A stretch of 64,000 bases of DNA from Promethearchaeota archaeon Loki_b32 (GTDB lineage Archaea; Asgardarchaeota; Lokiarchaeia; Sigyniarchaeales; SOKP01). The notes beneath the pieces were generated by a model that was given only the letters and a program-made list of their open reading frames with translations, had not been told where the DNA came from and did not search any database. Positions 49,289 through 60,347 of the stretch are shown here, one piece after another (positions within the stretch are counted from its first letter, which is position 1; each line of letters starts with the position of its first letter). Location of the stretch: contig NJBH01000003.1 in NCBI GenBank assembly GCA_005223125.1, positions 1-64,000 of the forward strand. The letters run 5' to 3'. Both the position numbers and the translations under genes were made by a program.

Positions 49289-51075
49289 GATTAATTCCTA
49301 AATCTTGTGTATATATAAATGATTTTTTCTTAATTAATAAAATTGCGCACTTCACCTCCAAGCTGTAATTGCATGCGATTTACTATGTGATCGAGCCCCT
49401 GTCGATTCAAACTTGCTTTAAAAGGCGCTTTCACGCGTTTATTGAGCCATTCCATGTTTGCACGACAGGCTTTTCCTAATTCGGGATATTCGAGAAAAAC
49501 TTTAGCAAACGCTATTATTTCAGATTTATATTTTTTGAGCGTTGTTATAGCAGTGTTTAATTTATCGGAGTAATTCTTTTTTTGAGTTAAGGCGTCTATT
49601 TGCCGACCATCTATAACCTTATAGGGTTCTCGATAAATTTCTCCTATCATTAACGTCATTTCGCGATATTCCCGGAGAATCGGATGTTGCTTTAAGAATT
49701 CTTCTATAATCGCTTCTACTTTAGGAGACACCTTTTCGGGCTGTTTAAAAAGAAGAAATTGCTTTTTACTGAATTCTCGTGCCTCTTCTTTCAGCGGTTT
49801 TCTAAAACTAACACAGAGTGTCTTCAATTTTTTCAAGAGCTCTCCTTGGACACGATTGCGTCCTTTAATGGTAAACTTCCGTTTTGGGAATTTAGAGCGC
49901 AAAACATCGCAAAACTCCTTTACTCTTTCGCCGTGTTCTTTTAAAAGCTTTTTAAGCTCCACGTCAAAAACGATAAAAAAAGAGTGAGGATCCCATAGGG
50001 TTAAAAGAAAAAGTAGCTTCTTTATGACATCGCTACATGTTTTTGCTCCGGAATGGGAAGGGGTAATACTTTTTAAAGGAGGAATGCTTTCAAGGGTAAG
50101 GAGATCTGCGTGCTTACGCATCTCTTGGAGTCCATTAAGATAAGAACGAAGCTCTAAAAATTCATTTATTTCATTACGATAATGTTTAGCCCTGTAATAC
50201 TTGAAATCTCGTCTTATCCCGTTATTGAGTTCTCGCATGACGTGAAAGCCGTCAATTTGAACGGTAGATTCAGGAAAAATCGCCTTGATTGATGCGATTA
50301 ATGCGGGACTAAAATCGCACGTGATAATATAAGGGTTAATGGGTGCTTTTTTTCTTACGGCGAGTAAAGAACGGCAGCCATTCTCGAAATCTTCTACTCC
50401 CACCAGGTCAGTAAGTATATTCCGTCTGACAACTTGACTGCTGATGACAATTGCACATCGTTTTTTTTTCCTAAAAGCTTATTTCCTAAACTAAAACCCG
50501 TTCCATCGATCATTAGTGCTTTATACACTTCTAATGCCTTCTCAGGCTCGGCTTTAAATTCACTTTTCATGAAGTCTTCAGTTAAAGCATTGATCCATGA
50601 GTAAATCGTCTTAGGAAGCATCTGAACGCTAAAATATTTCGCAAGCTGAGCCGCAATTCTGTTTCCTGAGACATTATCTTGAAAATGGAGAGACAAGGCC
50701 GTTTGAATTATACTTCTTGAATATTCATATCCCTTAGGGTAATCGGGGTGTTGTGGCGTGTATTTATTCCTGCAATTCTCACATTCAAAGGTAGCTACAT
50801 GGAGTTCCACAAATAATTCTGTAATAATATTTCCAAGCTCGGATATTGTCCTTTTATGGCTTGTCCTTATTGCAATTTCACCACTTCCGCAAGATGGGCA
50901 CGCTTTTGGTGCATATTGGTGGGTAGAGATCTTCACGATTTCTTTTTTGACGCATCAACTAAAGTCCATAAATTCAAAAGCAGTAAATTTTGTTATAATA
51001 AGCTGTGATATCTATGTGATACCTTCAAACGAAAACTTTTTTTTTTTGCCCATACACAAAGTTTAGGAATTAATC
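49289..51075 (-). mobile_element. IS element (ISL3-like DDE transposase) with terminal inverted repeats
   Basis: Left GATTAATTCCTAAATCTTGTGTAT (49289-49312) matches the reverse complement of 51052-51075 at 22/24 positions. Confidence 0.88.
49330..50936 (-). CDS. Transposase encoded in two frames joined by a -1 frameshift at A9 (50461-50469)
   Basis: ORF1: CPSC..CENC Zn finger, HTH, LMIDGT. The -1 frame is open from the A9 run (KKKRCAIVIS..) into ORF2: TCDFS, IDGFHV, NMEWLN. Confidence 0.85.
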
Positions 51076-51108
51076 AATTTTTTTGAATAATAGGGAAAAT
51101 ATCTGTTT

Positions 51109-52078
51109 TCATTCACTTAGAAACTTGTTTAATACATTACTAATTTTTTCAATAGAATATTGTATATCATCTTTATTTATTCCGTAATGAGTTACAAATC
51201 TGATTTTTTCTTTACTGATATTGAAAGCTAAAATCCCCTCTTTTCCAAGGGTATTTACTATTTTAAATATGCGTGTCTTTTTCTTAAGTTCAACAATTAC
51301 AATATTAGTTTCTGGTTTATGTACATTTATAGGTAAATCACTAGTTTCAATTCCTTCAGCAAGTAGCTTTACATTTTCATGATCTTCCTCAAGTCTGTTA
51401 ATCCATTTTTGTTCAAGTGCAATTAAACCAAAAGAAGCAATTATTCCAGCTTGACGCATACCTCCACCAAGCATTTTTCGATATCTCCTAGCATTCGTGA
51501 TAAATTCCTTGGATCCCGCAACAATTGAACCCACTGGACAAGAAAGTCCTTTAGATAGACAAAACATTACGCTATCAACATATTTAGTGAACTCTGTAAC
51601 AGGGATTTTTAGGCTTACTGCTGCATTAAATATCCTCGCTCCATCTAAATGTAATTTTAAATCATTCTTTTCTGAAAATCCCTTCATCTCCTTAATTATT
51701 TCTGGTTGGATAATCACTCCTCCATGATAATTATGAGTGTTTTCTACAGAAAAGAGAGTAGTTGGTGGCTCATGTATATCTTCTTTATCACAAATTAATT
51801 TTTGAAGTTGATCAAATGAAGGAACACCTTTATTCGAGGGATAAGTTCTAATCATTAATCCGCCAATACGTGCAGCACTACCTACCTCATTTTTGTAAAT
51901 ATGACTTAATTCTTCTAAGAGAATCTGCTTTTTCTTCTAACTCATTAACAGTAGGATCTTCTCCTTCAACATCATCTCCAATTTTTGAGTCATCCAAAGA
52001 CCTTAGCATTTCCCACATTTCAGGAGATGGTTTGGTTACGGTATCAGAACGAAATTCAACTACTCTCGAATTAATCAA
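51109..52078 (-). pseudogene. ltaE: Threonine aldolase copy B, inactivated by a ~95-bp frameshifting deletion
   Basis: Colinear with 44519-45583 but lacks the segment equal to 45337-45431 (includes SGTQGN); junction near 51925 with CT microhomology. Confidence 0.9.
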
Positions 52079-52155
52079 GACTTCATCAATAAAAGTTAAA
52101 ATTCTATAATGTTTCATTAAAATAAAAGAGTGTATTAAAAGCAATAAGATAATTA

Positions 52156-52995
52156 TTAAAATTTATAATAAACCTCATTTATAGATTTTCCTACAATTTC
52201 AATTTCATCCAAATCTGCTATACCAAGTTGTTTTTTTTCTCCATATTTTAAATATTTGACTTTATCCCACCCAAATCCTATGATTTCGCTCCCAACTCTA
52301 TCAACAGCCACAGGATCTTCTCCAGCTATAATTAAATCCATTTGGATAGGTTTGCCTCCTAGCTCCCATCCATCTGACTCAATAATTGCATCAATGATTT
52401 GAAATTTCATTTTAGGTCGTAACACAGAAACTAAATCAGTTATTTTTTTATGGATACTCGAGTGCATTATACTTTTTGGCATAATAGTACCCATCATATT
52501 TTTCATGCTTAATGTTGTTCTAGCCAAATTATGTGTTTTTAATGAGGGAACCGAAATAATACAACTAGCCTCCATAGCTGTCTTCACTATATTAACAGTT
52601 TTTAATGACAAAGGATTAGGAATTTCAATGTCATTTACAATTTCATCATTATTTAAATCCATAATTTTGATTCCATAATCCTTCAAACGAATAATTTCAT
52701 TTAATTTGAAAAATTCCTCAGCTATACCAAAAGATCCTCCATCACCAACTATTAATTTTTCAGGATCTATTTTAGCTTCTTGTATAAGATATATAACAAT
52801 TCCTTCTAACGTATCTGTTGAAGTTATGTTTCCAGTAGTAAAATGCTCGGAGGTTACCCAATTTGGATTTATTATAATTTTTTTTTCTGAATTAGTTATC
52901 AATTCCTTTAGAGGAATCATTTTAAGAATTCTTAAAACTACCGCTTGAATAGTTTCATGGGATTTTCTTTTAATTACATAAACTTTTGTTTTCAT
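52156..52995 (-). CDS. DUF362 family protein
   Basis: INPNWV..ITS, LIVGDG, SVPSLKTH..TTLSMKNMMG, DPVAVD; likely start MKTKV at 52995 (the tracked 5' extension runs into the IS end). Confidence 0.88.
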   Translation of the reverse strand: MKTKVYVIKRKSHETIQAVVLRILKMIPLKELITNSEKKIIINPNWVTSEHFTTGNITSTDTLEGIVIYLIQEAKIDPEKLIVGDGGSFGIAEEFFKLNEIIRLKDYGIKIMDLNNDEIVNDIEIPNPLSLKTVNIVKTAMEASCIISVPSLKTHNLARTTLSMKNMMGTIMPKSIMHSSIHKKITDLVSVLRPKMKFQIIDAIIESDGWELGGKPIQMDLIIAGEDPVAVDRVGSEIIGFGWDKVKYLKYGEKKQLGIADLDEIEIVGKSINEVYYKF

Positions 52996-53072
52996 ATTTA
53001 AAGAATTTATCTCAAGTAAAAGGATTAAGATATTAAAATATTTAAAGTAATTAAAGAAATTAAAAAAAAACT

Positions 53073-54847
53073 TTAATGTCAAACAACACTCACCCGACAA
53101 AAATAAATAGGCTCCTTGAGCTTAATAGAAAGGTTTATCTTCGTTAAATCCTTATTTTATTTAATGCCAACAAAACCTTCTGAAATTAAAAAAGCTACAA
53201 TCCATACTTATTGGAAATCTAAAGAAGGATTGATTTGCCCCTTATGTTCTTCTCAATTACAACATGAATTTAATAATGGAGGCAGGAAGATTATTACTTT
53301 AAAGGGACCTGTATGGGTAATGACTAATTATTATAGCTGCATTAATCCTAAGTGTGAAATGCACGAGGCATTTCCAGTAGCATATCATTCTGCCATGCAA
53401 CGGAAGCGATTTTCCTTGGAAGTATGGGAAAAAGTGATACAACATCATTTCAAGCATCATCTTAATTATTCCACTATCGTTGAACTCATGTGGGACGATT
53501 GGGACGTGTCAATTTCGAGGAACACGGTGAGAAACATCTGCGAATTTTTTGAAATGGCAGGAAAGCAATACACGGACAAAAAAGTCCTAAAAGAGGTAGA
53601 ATCAAGCGGGAAAATTGTTTTATCGCTTGATGGTGCCCAACCAGTTAAGAGCGAGCCTTCTCTTTGGGTCTTTTCTGATCGCCTCACGGGAAACGTGCTC
53701 CTTGCAAGGAACTTAGAATCTGCTCCCGCATTCGCGTTATGTGCTATATTTCGAGAAATTGAAATGCTCTATGGCGTTCCCATCGTAGCCATCATTTCCG
53801 ACAAGCAAAAAAACATTGTGAATAGTGTCAAGCAATTCAAACCAGATATCCCACAGGTGTATTGCCAGTACCACTTCCTTAACCACGTTGCCGAGCCCAT
53901 TGCTTCGAAAGATTCGCATCTCAAGAAAATTCTTCGGAAATCTGTAAAACAACTCTCAATTGTCTATAATAGTAAATATACCGATTCAAACAAGTTATAC
54001 AAGTTGTTTCATCCCATTAGCGAGGAGCTGAAATGTGCCATCTCCACGCGTGGTGTTCGATTTGACGTGTTTCCGGGAATCGAAGCATATGCGAATTTAG
54101 AGTATGTTGTATCACGATTGGAACAATTCGGGGAAATAGAGTTCGCTCCGAAAGTTTTTCGCACACTGAACGCTCTTCTTGCAGCATTAAAGAATTTACT
54201 TAGAGAGAATCGTCATTTACGAGAGGAGATAACCTCCTTGATACCTGATTTTCAGCAGATTCGTAAGATTTTGGCCAAAAGGGAGAAAAAATCTTCTCAA
54301 ATCGAGAAAGAAGTGAAAAAATGGATGTACAAACTCCAGAGCCGCTTGAAAAGGAGAAAATTGGAGTCTAATCCTCAGAACATCAAGTGGCAACAACCTT
54401 CTTTCAAGTTAAGTTGCGAGGAAATATGGCAACAATGGATTAGGTTAGTAAATTCTTATAGTGAAGGATTATACAAGGCTTATGATGTCGAGGAATTAGA
54501 GTTTACCAATAACGCCAAAGAACAGCTGTTTCACCGCAGTAAGCACCATTTTAAAGCCCTATTGGGCCGTGAAAACGTTGCAAGAGCGTTTCTGAACCAC
54601 GGAGGACTGCATGTCCAGTTATTAGATATCGATTTTACGAAAAAAAAAGTTACAAGCGTGCTGTTAGCGTGCGAAACCCCACTTATTGAAGCCCACAGGA
54701 AAGAATTTAACGCACAATACGCAACAATAAGAAGAACGTGGAGAATTAGAGAAAAAGACACAGGAAACTTTACCCAATTCAAAATTAATTTGACTCAACT
54801 AGAGATGTCCTAATCTATTTTGTCGAGTGAGTGGGGTTTGAAATTAA
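53073..54847 (+). mobile_element. IS element (Mutator/IS256/ISL3-superfamily-like) with terminal inverted repeats and flanking TTAA
   Basis: Left TTAATGTCAAACAACACTCACCCGACAAAA vs reverse-complemented right TTAATTTCAAACCCCACTCACTCGACAAAA (4 mismatches). Confidence 0.88.
53164..54813 (+). CDS. Transposase (Zn finger, HTH, DDE with CxxH)
   Basis: CPLC..C..C, LSLDGA, IISDKQ, YCQYHF, NNAKEQLF. Confidence 0.88.
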   Translation: MPTKPSEIKKATIHTYWKSKEGLICPLCSSQLQHEFNNGGRKIITLKGPVWVMTNYYSCINPKCEMHEAFPVAYHSAMQRKRFSLEVWEKVIQHHFKHHLNYSTIVELMWDDWDVSISRNTVRNICEFFEMAGKQYTDKKVLKEVESSGKIVLSLDGAQPVKSEPSLWVFSDRLTGNVLLARNLESAPAFALCAIFREIEMLYGVPIVAIISDKQKNIVNSVKQFKPDIPQVYCQYHFLNHVAEPIASKDSHLKKILRKSVKQLSIVYNSKYTDSNKLYKLFHPISEELKCAISTRGVRFDVFPGIEAYANLEYVVSRLEQFGEIEFAPKVFRTLNALLAALKNLLRENRHLREEITSLIPDFQQIRKILAKREKKSSQIEKEVKKWMYKLQSRLKRRKLESNPQNIKWQQPSFKLSCEEIWQQWIRLVNSYSEGLYKAYDVEELEFTNNAKEQLFHRSKHHFKALLGRENVARAFLNHGGLHVQLLDIDFTKKKVTSVLLACETPLIEAHRKEFNAQYATIRRTWRIREKDTGNFTQFKINLTQLEMS

Positions 54848-54864
54848 AAAAAAAAAAAAAAAAA
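54846..54864 (-). terminator. Oligo-U (T19 on minus strand) terminator of the ABC operon
   Basis: 19-nt A run on the + strand about 28 nt downstream of the permease stop. Confidence 0.5.
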
Positions 54865-54892
54865 GTATAAATTTTATTTATACTTGGACAGA

Positions 54893-55642
54893 TTACAAAC
54901 CCGGAATTGCTGTTCGTTTATGGATGACATCTAGTACTTTGGAAACAGTTGAGATCAAGACTAGAAAGATGATAGCGATAATAATGAATGTAGCCTCCGG
55001 GATAAACTCCTTAAAAACGAGATAGTGAGCCTTGCCAAAAAGTTCTGGTACTCCAATATACCAGACAACTATAGTATATTTCGGAAGATAAGCGGCTTCG
55101 TTGGACCATGCAGGAATAACACGGCGTAAAGCCTGTGGCAACACGATATGGACTATACCCACCCGACGAGACATACCCAGCGATTGGGCAGCTACTAGTT
55201 GCTCAGTACCAACAGATGTAATAGCACCACGGAGGTATTCAGCTTGATAAGCCGCACTATTAAGACCTAAAGCGAGGATACCTACTAAAATTTCTGGATT
55301 TAATAAGATGAAAGTCATCTCCCTATCACTGATTCTAAAGTTAGTGTAGAAGGCCCACCTTTCAATGGGGATATTCAAGCTATAAGGGAGAAAGTATAGG
55401 AGTAATATCTGTGCTAGTAAAGGTGTACCCCGCACAATTTCGATGTACCCAGTAGCAATCCGTGAAATAATTGCCCCCCCATATTGGCGAAGAATGGCGA
55501 GGAAAAGGCCAAGAAAAAAGCCTATCATTAGTGCCCATACATATAACCAAATCATCATTATAAAACCTTCTAGGATTTCATCCCAGTATTCTAGTACGGC
55601 AAGTAAGTCCTGAATTTCCTGAGGGAGAGCTTGGAACATCAT
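54893..55642 (-). CDS. Polar amino-acid ABC permease (copy B, intact)
   Basis: [30 protein letters not shown]. Confidence 0.93.
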   Translation of the reverse strand: MMFQALPQEIQDLLAVLEYWDEILEGFIMMIWLYVWALMIGFFLGLFLAILRQYGGAIISRIATGYIEIVRGTPLLAQILLLYFLPYSLNIPIERWAFYTNFRISDREMTFILLNPEILVGILALGLNSAAYQAEYLRGAITSVGTEQLVAAQSLGMSRRVGIVHIVLPQALRRVIPAWSNEAAYLPKYTIVVWYIGVPELFGKAHYLVFKEFIPEATFIIIAIIFLVLISTVSKVLDVIHKRTAIPGL

Positions 55643-56430
55643 TTGTCTTCTTCCTCTTTTGACAACTTCAGAAGTCCTTTATGGCTTCCGTATAAAATAT
55701 CAAGTTGTTTAAGAAAAGTCTTCACACGATCAGATTTTGGTGAGGCGAAGAAGTGTTGTGGAGTTCCACGTTCTATTATGACGCCATTACCGAGGAAGAG
55801 CATTTCTGATGCAACAGCTCCAGCGAATCCCATCTCGTGAGTTACTACTATCATTGTAGTACCAGTTTTAGCAAGCTCTAACATTACTTGAAGTACTTCT
55901 CCGATCAGTTCAGGATCCAAGGCAGAGGTAGGTTCGTCAAACAAGATAACATCAGGCTCCATTACCAATGCACGTGCAATACCTATACGCTGTTGTTGAC
56001 CACCGGATAGTTGTGCAGGATAATGATCAGCCCATTCCGCCATCTTTACTTGATTTAAAGCCTTTAATGCCTTCGAACGAGCTTCTTCCTTTGATACACC
56101 TTTTACTCGGCGAAGACCGATACTAACGTTATTTATTGCTCTGAGATGCGCAAAAAGATTAAAATGTTGGAATACCATACCGATATTTGCTCGCATTATG
56201 TTAAGATTGATTCCAGGCTCCATTAGATTCTGTTCCGAGAGATAGACCTCACCTTGGTCTGGTGGGTCCAGCATATTGATGCAACGAAGCAATGTGCTCT
56301 TACCAGAGCCACTTGGTCCGAAAATAACCTTCACCTCTTGTTCCATTAACTCAAATGAGACCCCCTTAAGAACCTCCAATTCTCCATACGATTTCCACAC
56401 ATCAACTATGCGTAGCACGGGTTTACCCAT
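55639..56430 (-). CDS. Polar amino-acid ABC ATP-binding protein (GlnQ-like)
   Basis: [35 protein letters not shown]. Confidence 0.95.
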   Translation of the reverse strand: MGKPVLRIVDVWKSYGELEVLKGVSFELMEQEVKVIFGPSGSGKSTLLRCINMLDPPDQGEVYLSEQNLMEPGINLNIMRANIGMVFQHFNLFAHLRAINNVSIGLRRVKGVSKEEARSKALKALNQVKMAEWADHYPAQLSGGQQQRIGIARALVMEPDVILFDEPTSALDPELIGEVLQVMLELAKTGTTMIVVTHEMGFAGAVASEMLFLGNGVIIERGTPQHFFASPKSDRVKTFLKQLDILYGSHKGLLKLSKEEEDK

Positions 56431-56432
56431 CT

Positions 56433-57161
56433 TTATCCACCTCCCATTCCCAACTCTTTAAGTTTCTTGGTTTGCCGTTCGCCAAATAATCTTGTTATAG
56501 GATAGGTGAGTAGAAAATATAGAATCGCCACAACGCCTATAGATACAGCCCACAACTCGACAAAATTTGATGATATCTGTAAAGCTGCGTTTGTCATCTC
56601 GACTATTCCAACCGTGAGGGCAAAAGATGAATCCTTGATGACTACCGCATATTCATTAGACCAGCTAGGAACAGCTAGCCGTAAGGCTTGAGGCAATAGA
56701 ATAGTTCGTAAAGCTTGGAAACGGCTCATCCCCAATGCACGAGCAGCTTCCTCCTGTCCTGGATTCACGGATAGAAGAGCGCCGCGAAAAATCTGAGATT
56801 GATAAGCTCCACTGCGAAGGGCAAGCGCCAAAAATACACCGAAAAGTGGTCTATATTGTGGCTCTATGCCAAAACATGTATCACCAATGCAAATCTCATA
56901 CAAATTAGTTAGATAAATAGCAAAGACGAATATCAGAACCAGAATTGGGATTCCACGAAAAAGTTTTTCATAGCCACTCGCTAACCAATTAAGTTCTTTG
57001 CCACCATAAACGCGCATAATTGCCAGTGATAAACCTATCACAAACCCACCTAATAGGCCTAGAACTGTGAGTATTAACGTTCTAGGCAATCCTTTCACAA
57101 AAATATAAAAACCAATTTCAGCAAGATTAGGAGGTTTCGGAATGCTGTTCACCCAAACCAT
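56433..57161 (-). CDS. Polar amino-acid ABC permease
   Basis: [30 protein letters not shown]. Confidence 0.93.
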   Translation of the reverse strand: MVWVNSIPKPPNLAEIGFYIFVKGLPRTLILTVLGLLGGFVIGLSLAIMRVYGGKELNWLASGYEKLFRGIPILVLIFVFAIYLTNLYEICIGDTCFGIEPQYRPLFGVFLALALRSGAYQSQIFRGALLSVNPGQEEAARALGMSRFQALRTILLPQALRLAVPSWSNEYAVVIKDSSFALTVGIVEMTNAALQISSNFVELWAVSIGVVAILYFLLTYPITRLFGERQTKKLKELGMGGG

Positions 57162-57949
57162 TTTTCGATGAGTAAATCCATTGATCCATCTCCAAATGCA
57201 TTAAGGATGACTTTATTGATTTCTTTCATCAGTTCGGGTTCTTCCCAACGGCACCAAAGTGCTGTAGGCTCAGCTGGTACTGTGAATATAGACTTAAATG
57301 CGTACGTTTTCGCATAGACGGTAAAAACTGGTTCATCTACAAACGCAGCATCAATAGTTCCAAGATCTAATGCGGCCATAAGCACGTCAGCTTTAGGGTA
57401 TACTAAAAGATTTACGCCTTCAGTCATGCCGAGATCTTTTAAGGTATCATGCTGTGTGGTACCCGATTGAACACCAACGGTGTAAGCTGTAATTTCCGTT
57501 AAACTAGTGATATTAATCGTTGAGACACTCTGGACGATGACAACCTCATTTACACGAATATAAGGCACGGAATGCGCGAGTTGTTCTGCACGAGTTGATG
57601 TAACCATCATTGCAGCCGCAATCATATCGATACTACCTGCTTTACAAGCACCAATCAGGAGATCAAAATCCATATCTGTCATTATAAGGGCAACACCGAG
57701 GTGCACAGCTATCATGGCTGACAGATCGATGTCAAAACCTTGCCACTCATCCGCAGTAACATTAAATATCTCAAAAGGGGGCCATGGTTCATCAGTTCCC
57801 ACCATAATATAGCCTTGATCCTGAATCTCCTCGAGTAATGTTTTCCTTTCTGTTGGTTCTGCGGTAAAAAGTGGAGGTATAAACCATCCCGCCAAGAATC
57901 CTCCCGCTAAGCAAACTATCATCCCTACTACTGCAATTTCTCTTTTCAT
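57149..57949 (-). CDS. Polar amino-acid ABC substrate-binding protein (family 3)
   Basis: N-terminal TM anchor; GTDEPWPPFE, GFDIDL, VGVQSGTT, KWFG. Confidence 0.92.
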   Translation of the reverse strand: MKREIAVVGMIVCLAGGFLAGWFIPPLFTAEPTERKTLLEEIQDQGYIMVGTDEPWPPFEIFNVTADEWQGFDIDLSAMIAVHLGVALIMTDMDFDLLIGACKAGSIDMIAAAMMVTSTRAEQLAHSVPYIRVNEVVIVQSVSTINITSLTEITAYTVGVQSGTTQHDTLKDLGMTEGVNLLVYPKADVLMAALDLGTIDAAFVDEPVFTVYAKTYAFKSIFTVPAEPTALWCRWEEPELMKEINKVILNAFGDGSMDLLIEKWFG

Positions 57950-58420
57950 TTTATATTTACCTCTTATTATTTTTTTTTATTTTATATAATTTTTTTAATT
58001 GATATTTTTGGATAGATTCTGATGGTAAAATAATTCCTAGGTAAATATATAAAGATTTCGATATTTGAGTATAAAATACGAATTATCTTTAATATTAAAA
58101 TTTCTATTACTCACCAACAAGATTTATCATAAAAAATTAATTTATCAATAGCTAAAACAAAACCTAAATTATTCCACGCAATATGGAATTCTTGATCGGT
58201 GTTAAATGTGAAAGTTACTAAAAACGATTTAGAGAGATTCATTTAAAACCTTTGCGATGAAATTCTAATATCACAATGAAAATTTCTTCCACCAGAAAAT
58301 CATTGTCATTAGTAGAACAAATATAAAATTGTATTTAGTTAGAGAAATTAATTAATCATCCATATAAGGTTATTTAGAAATAAAAACAAAGTTCTTATTG
58401 ATTAGGAATTTTAATAATTC

Positions 58421-59593
58421 ATGGATCTCTCAAAAATCACAGAAATTTTTACAGAATCAGTTATACGTGAAATGACACGTATAGCACATCAATATCCTGG
58501 ATGTATTAATCTTGCTCAAGGTTTTCCAGACTTTCCTGCACCTGAACCAATAAAAGATGCTGCGATAAAAGCAATTAAAGAAGATATAAACCAATATTCA
58601 ATCACATGGGGTTCTGAATCTCTAAGGAATGCAATTGCTGATAAAGTTGCTCGTTATAATAAAATGGATTTTGTAGAGGCTGATAAGAATATTACAGTTA
58701 CTTGTGGTTCAACAGAAGCAATGATTTCTTCTATGAAAGCAATTATAAATCCTAAAGATGAAGTAATTATTTTTGAACCATTTTATGAAAATTATGGACC
58801 TGATTGCTTATTATCTGGAGCAATTCCTCGATATATTAAATTATATTCTCCAGAATGGACATTTGATTTTGATGAACTTGAAGTATCTTTCAATGAAAAA
58901 ACTAAAGCCATCATTTTAAATACACCTAATAACCCTACTGGAAAAGTTTTTACCGAAAAAGAATTGAAATTTATTGTTGATTTATGTTTGAACTATGATT
59001 GTATTGCGATGACAGATGAAATTTATGAACATATATTATATGATGACCATAAGCATATCTCTATTGCGTCTTTTCCAGAAATGGAAAATAATTCAATTAC
59101 AATTAACTCAATCTCAAAATCTTATTCACTTACTGGGTGGAGAGTTGGTTGGGCAATAGCTAGTGAGAGAATAACTGCTGAAATTAAAAAAGTTCATGAT
59201 TTTTTAACAGTGGGTGCTCCTGCTCCACTTCAAGAAGCTGCCGCATTTGCACTATCGCTTGGAGACGAGTATTATACACGGTTAAGAGATTTTTATCAAA
59301 AAGCTAGAGATAAACTTTATAATGCTTTAAAAAATACAGATCTGCAGCCAATTAAGCCAGGTGGCGCCTATTATATGATGACAAATTGCGAAGAATATAT
59401 GAAAAATTATGAGCTCAAAAATTCTATGGATTTAGCTATACACTTAGTGAAACGTTTAGGTATAGTAACTGTACCAGGATCTTCATTTTATGCTAATCCA
59501 GAGGATGGACAATTTCAAACTAGATTTTGTTTTTGTAAAAAAGACGAAACGCTTCAAGCAGCCTCTCAAAAGCTAGTTAAGATAAGAAGTTAA
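58421..59593 (+). CDS. Class I/II PLP aminotransferase (YbdL/kynurenine-aminotransferase-like)
   Basis: NLAQGFPDF, NTPNNPTG, DEIYE, SKSYSLTGWRVGW, RFCFCK. Confidence 0.93.
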   Translation: MDLSKITEIFTESVIREMTRIAHQYPGCINLAQGFPDFPAPEPIKDAAIKAIKEDINQYSITWGSESLRNAIADKVARYNKMDFVEADKNITVTCGSTEAMISSMKAIINPKDEVIIFEPFYENYGPDCLLSGAIPRYIKLYSPEWTFDFDELEVSFNEKTKAIILNTPNNPTGKVFTEKELKFIVDLCLNYDCIAMTDEIYEHILYDDHKHISIASFPEMENNSITINSISKSYSLTGWRVGWAIASERITAEIKKVHDFLTVGAPAPLQEAAAFALSLGDEYYTRLRDFYQKARDKLYNALKNTDLQPIKPGGAYYMMTNCEEYMKNYELKNSMDLAIHLVKRLGIVTVPGSSFYANPEDGQFQTRFCFCKKDETLQAASQKLVKIRS

Positions 59594-59975
59594 GATATTT
59601 ATGAACAGATCATTCCTGATTCTTTCTATTAATTCATATTATTCGGGTTAATATATTAAATTATAGTTCAATCAAGATATTAGGCATTTTTTTCTAATAA
59701 TTTCAAATGATCCGTGAGTATTATGCGCTAAAAAGGTCTATCTTGTCCAGGAATTTTTCCTGTTGCTATCCAAGCTTGATCATCTTTCGGTATAAAAATA
59801 CATGAATAAACACAACTCACTACTTGACTATAAATAGATCTTTTAAAATTAAAGAAATGTTTACATGAGTTATTTAATTGAATCTTATCATTCATTCATT
59901 TCTTTATTAAAATTTTATCACTTCATAAAGTAAAAATAAATAGGTTGTAATAAAATTTTAAAAGAAAAAATTAAT

Positions 59976-60347
59976 TTATTTAGTTTTTAATACGATTGTA
60001 ATTGCTCTCGTTAGGCGGATAACATCCATAACTTTACCTTTTTCCACAGTTATCTGCTCTCGCGAAATCACATGGGTAAAATCTCCTTTTCCATCACATA
60101 CTTTAACGAGTGCATCAGAATCCCCAGACATTACGATGAATGCATCAGATTTAGTACCTTCAGATAAGAGAGCTTTACGATTCTTGATTTCTAAGAAGAA
60201 GGGGTCATCTTTATCTAGATTAAACTGAAAGGACATCTCCCAATCAACATCTTTTCCTGCAATATTCGTAACAAATACCGCTTGAGCTTTTGGAATTGTG
60301 TTTAATTTCTCCACGATTTTACTTAAATTTTCTTTTGCTTGTCCCAT
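59976..60347 (-). CDS. SCP2-like lipid-binding domain protein
   Basis: FQFNL..PFFLEI..ALL.EG..D..M.GD pattern; coupled to the DUF35 gene. Confidence 0.75.
   Translation of the reverse strand: MGQAKENLSKIVEKLNTIPKAQAVFVTNIAGKDVDWEMSFQFNLDKDDPFFLEIKNRKALLSEGTKSDAFIVMSGDSDALVKVCDGKGDFTHVISREQITVEKGKVMDVIRLTRAITIVLKTK

Noticed and set aside
49289-54847. Composite transposon carrying ltaE and DUF362
   Set aside because: The two IS elements have unrelated TIRs and transposases, so independent insertions are more likely.
59660-59830. Protein-like minus-strand fragment (VSCVYSCIFIPKDDQAWIATGKIPGQDRPF*)
   Set aside because: Only about 30 codons with no recognisable family; it may be a gene relic but cannot be supported.
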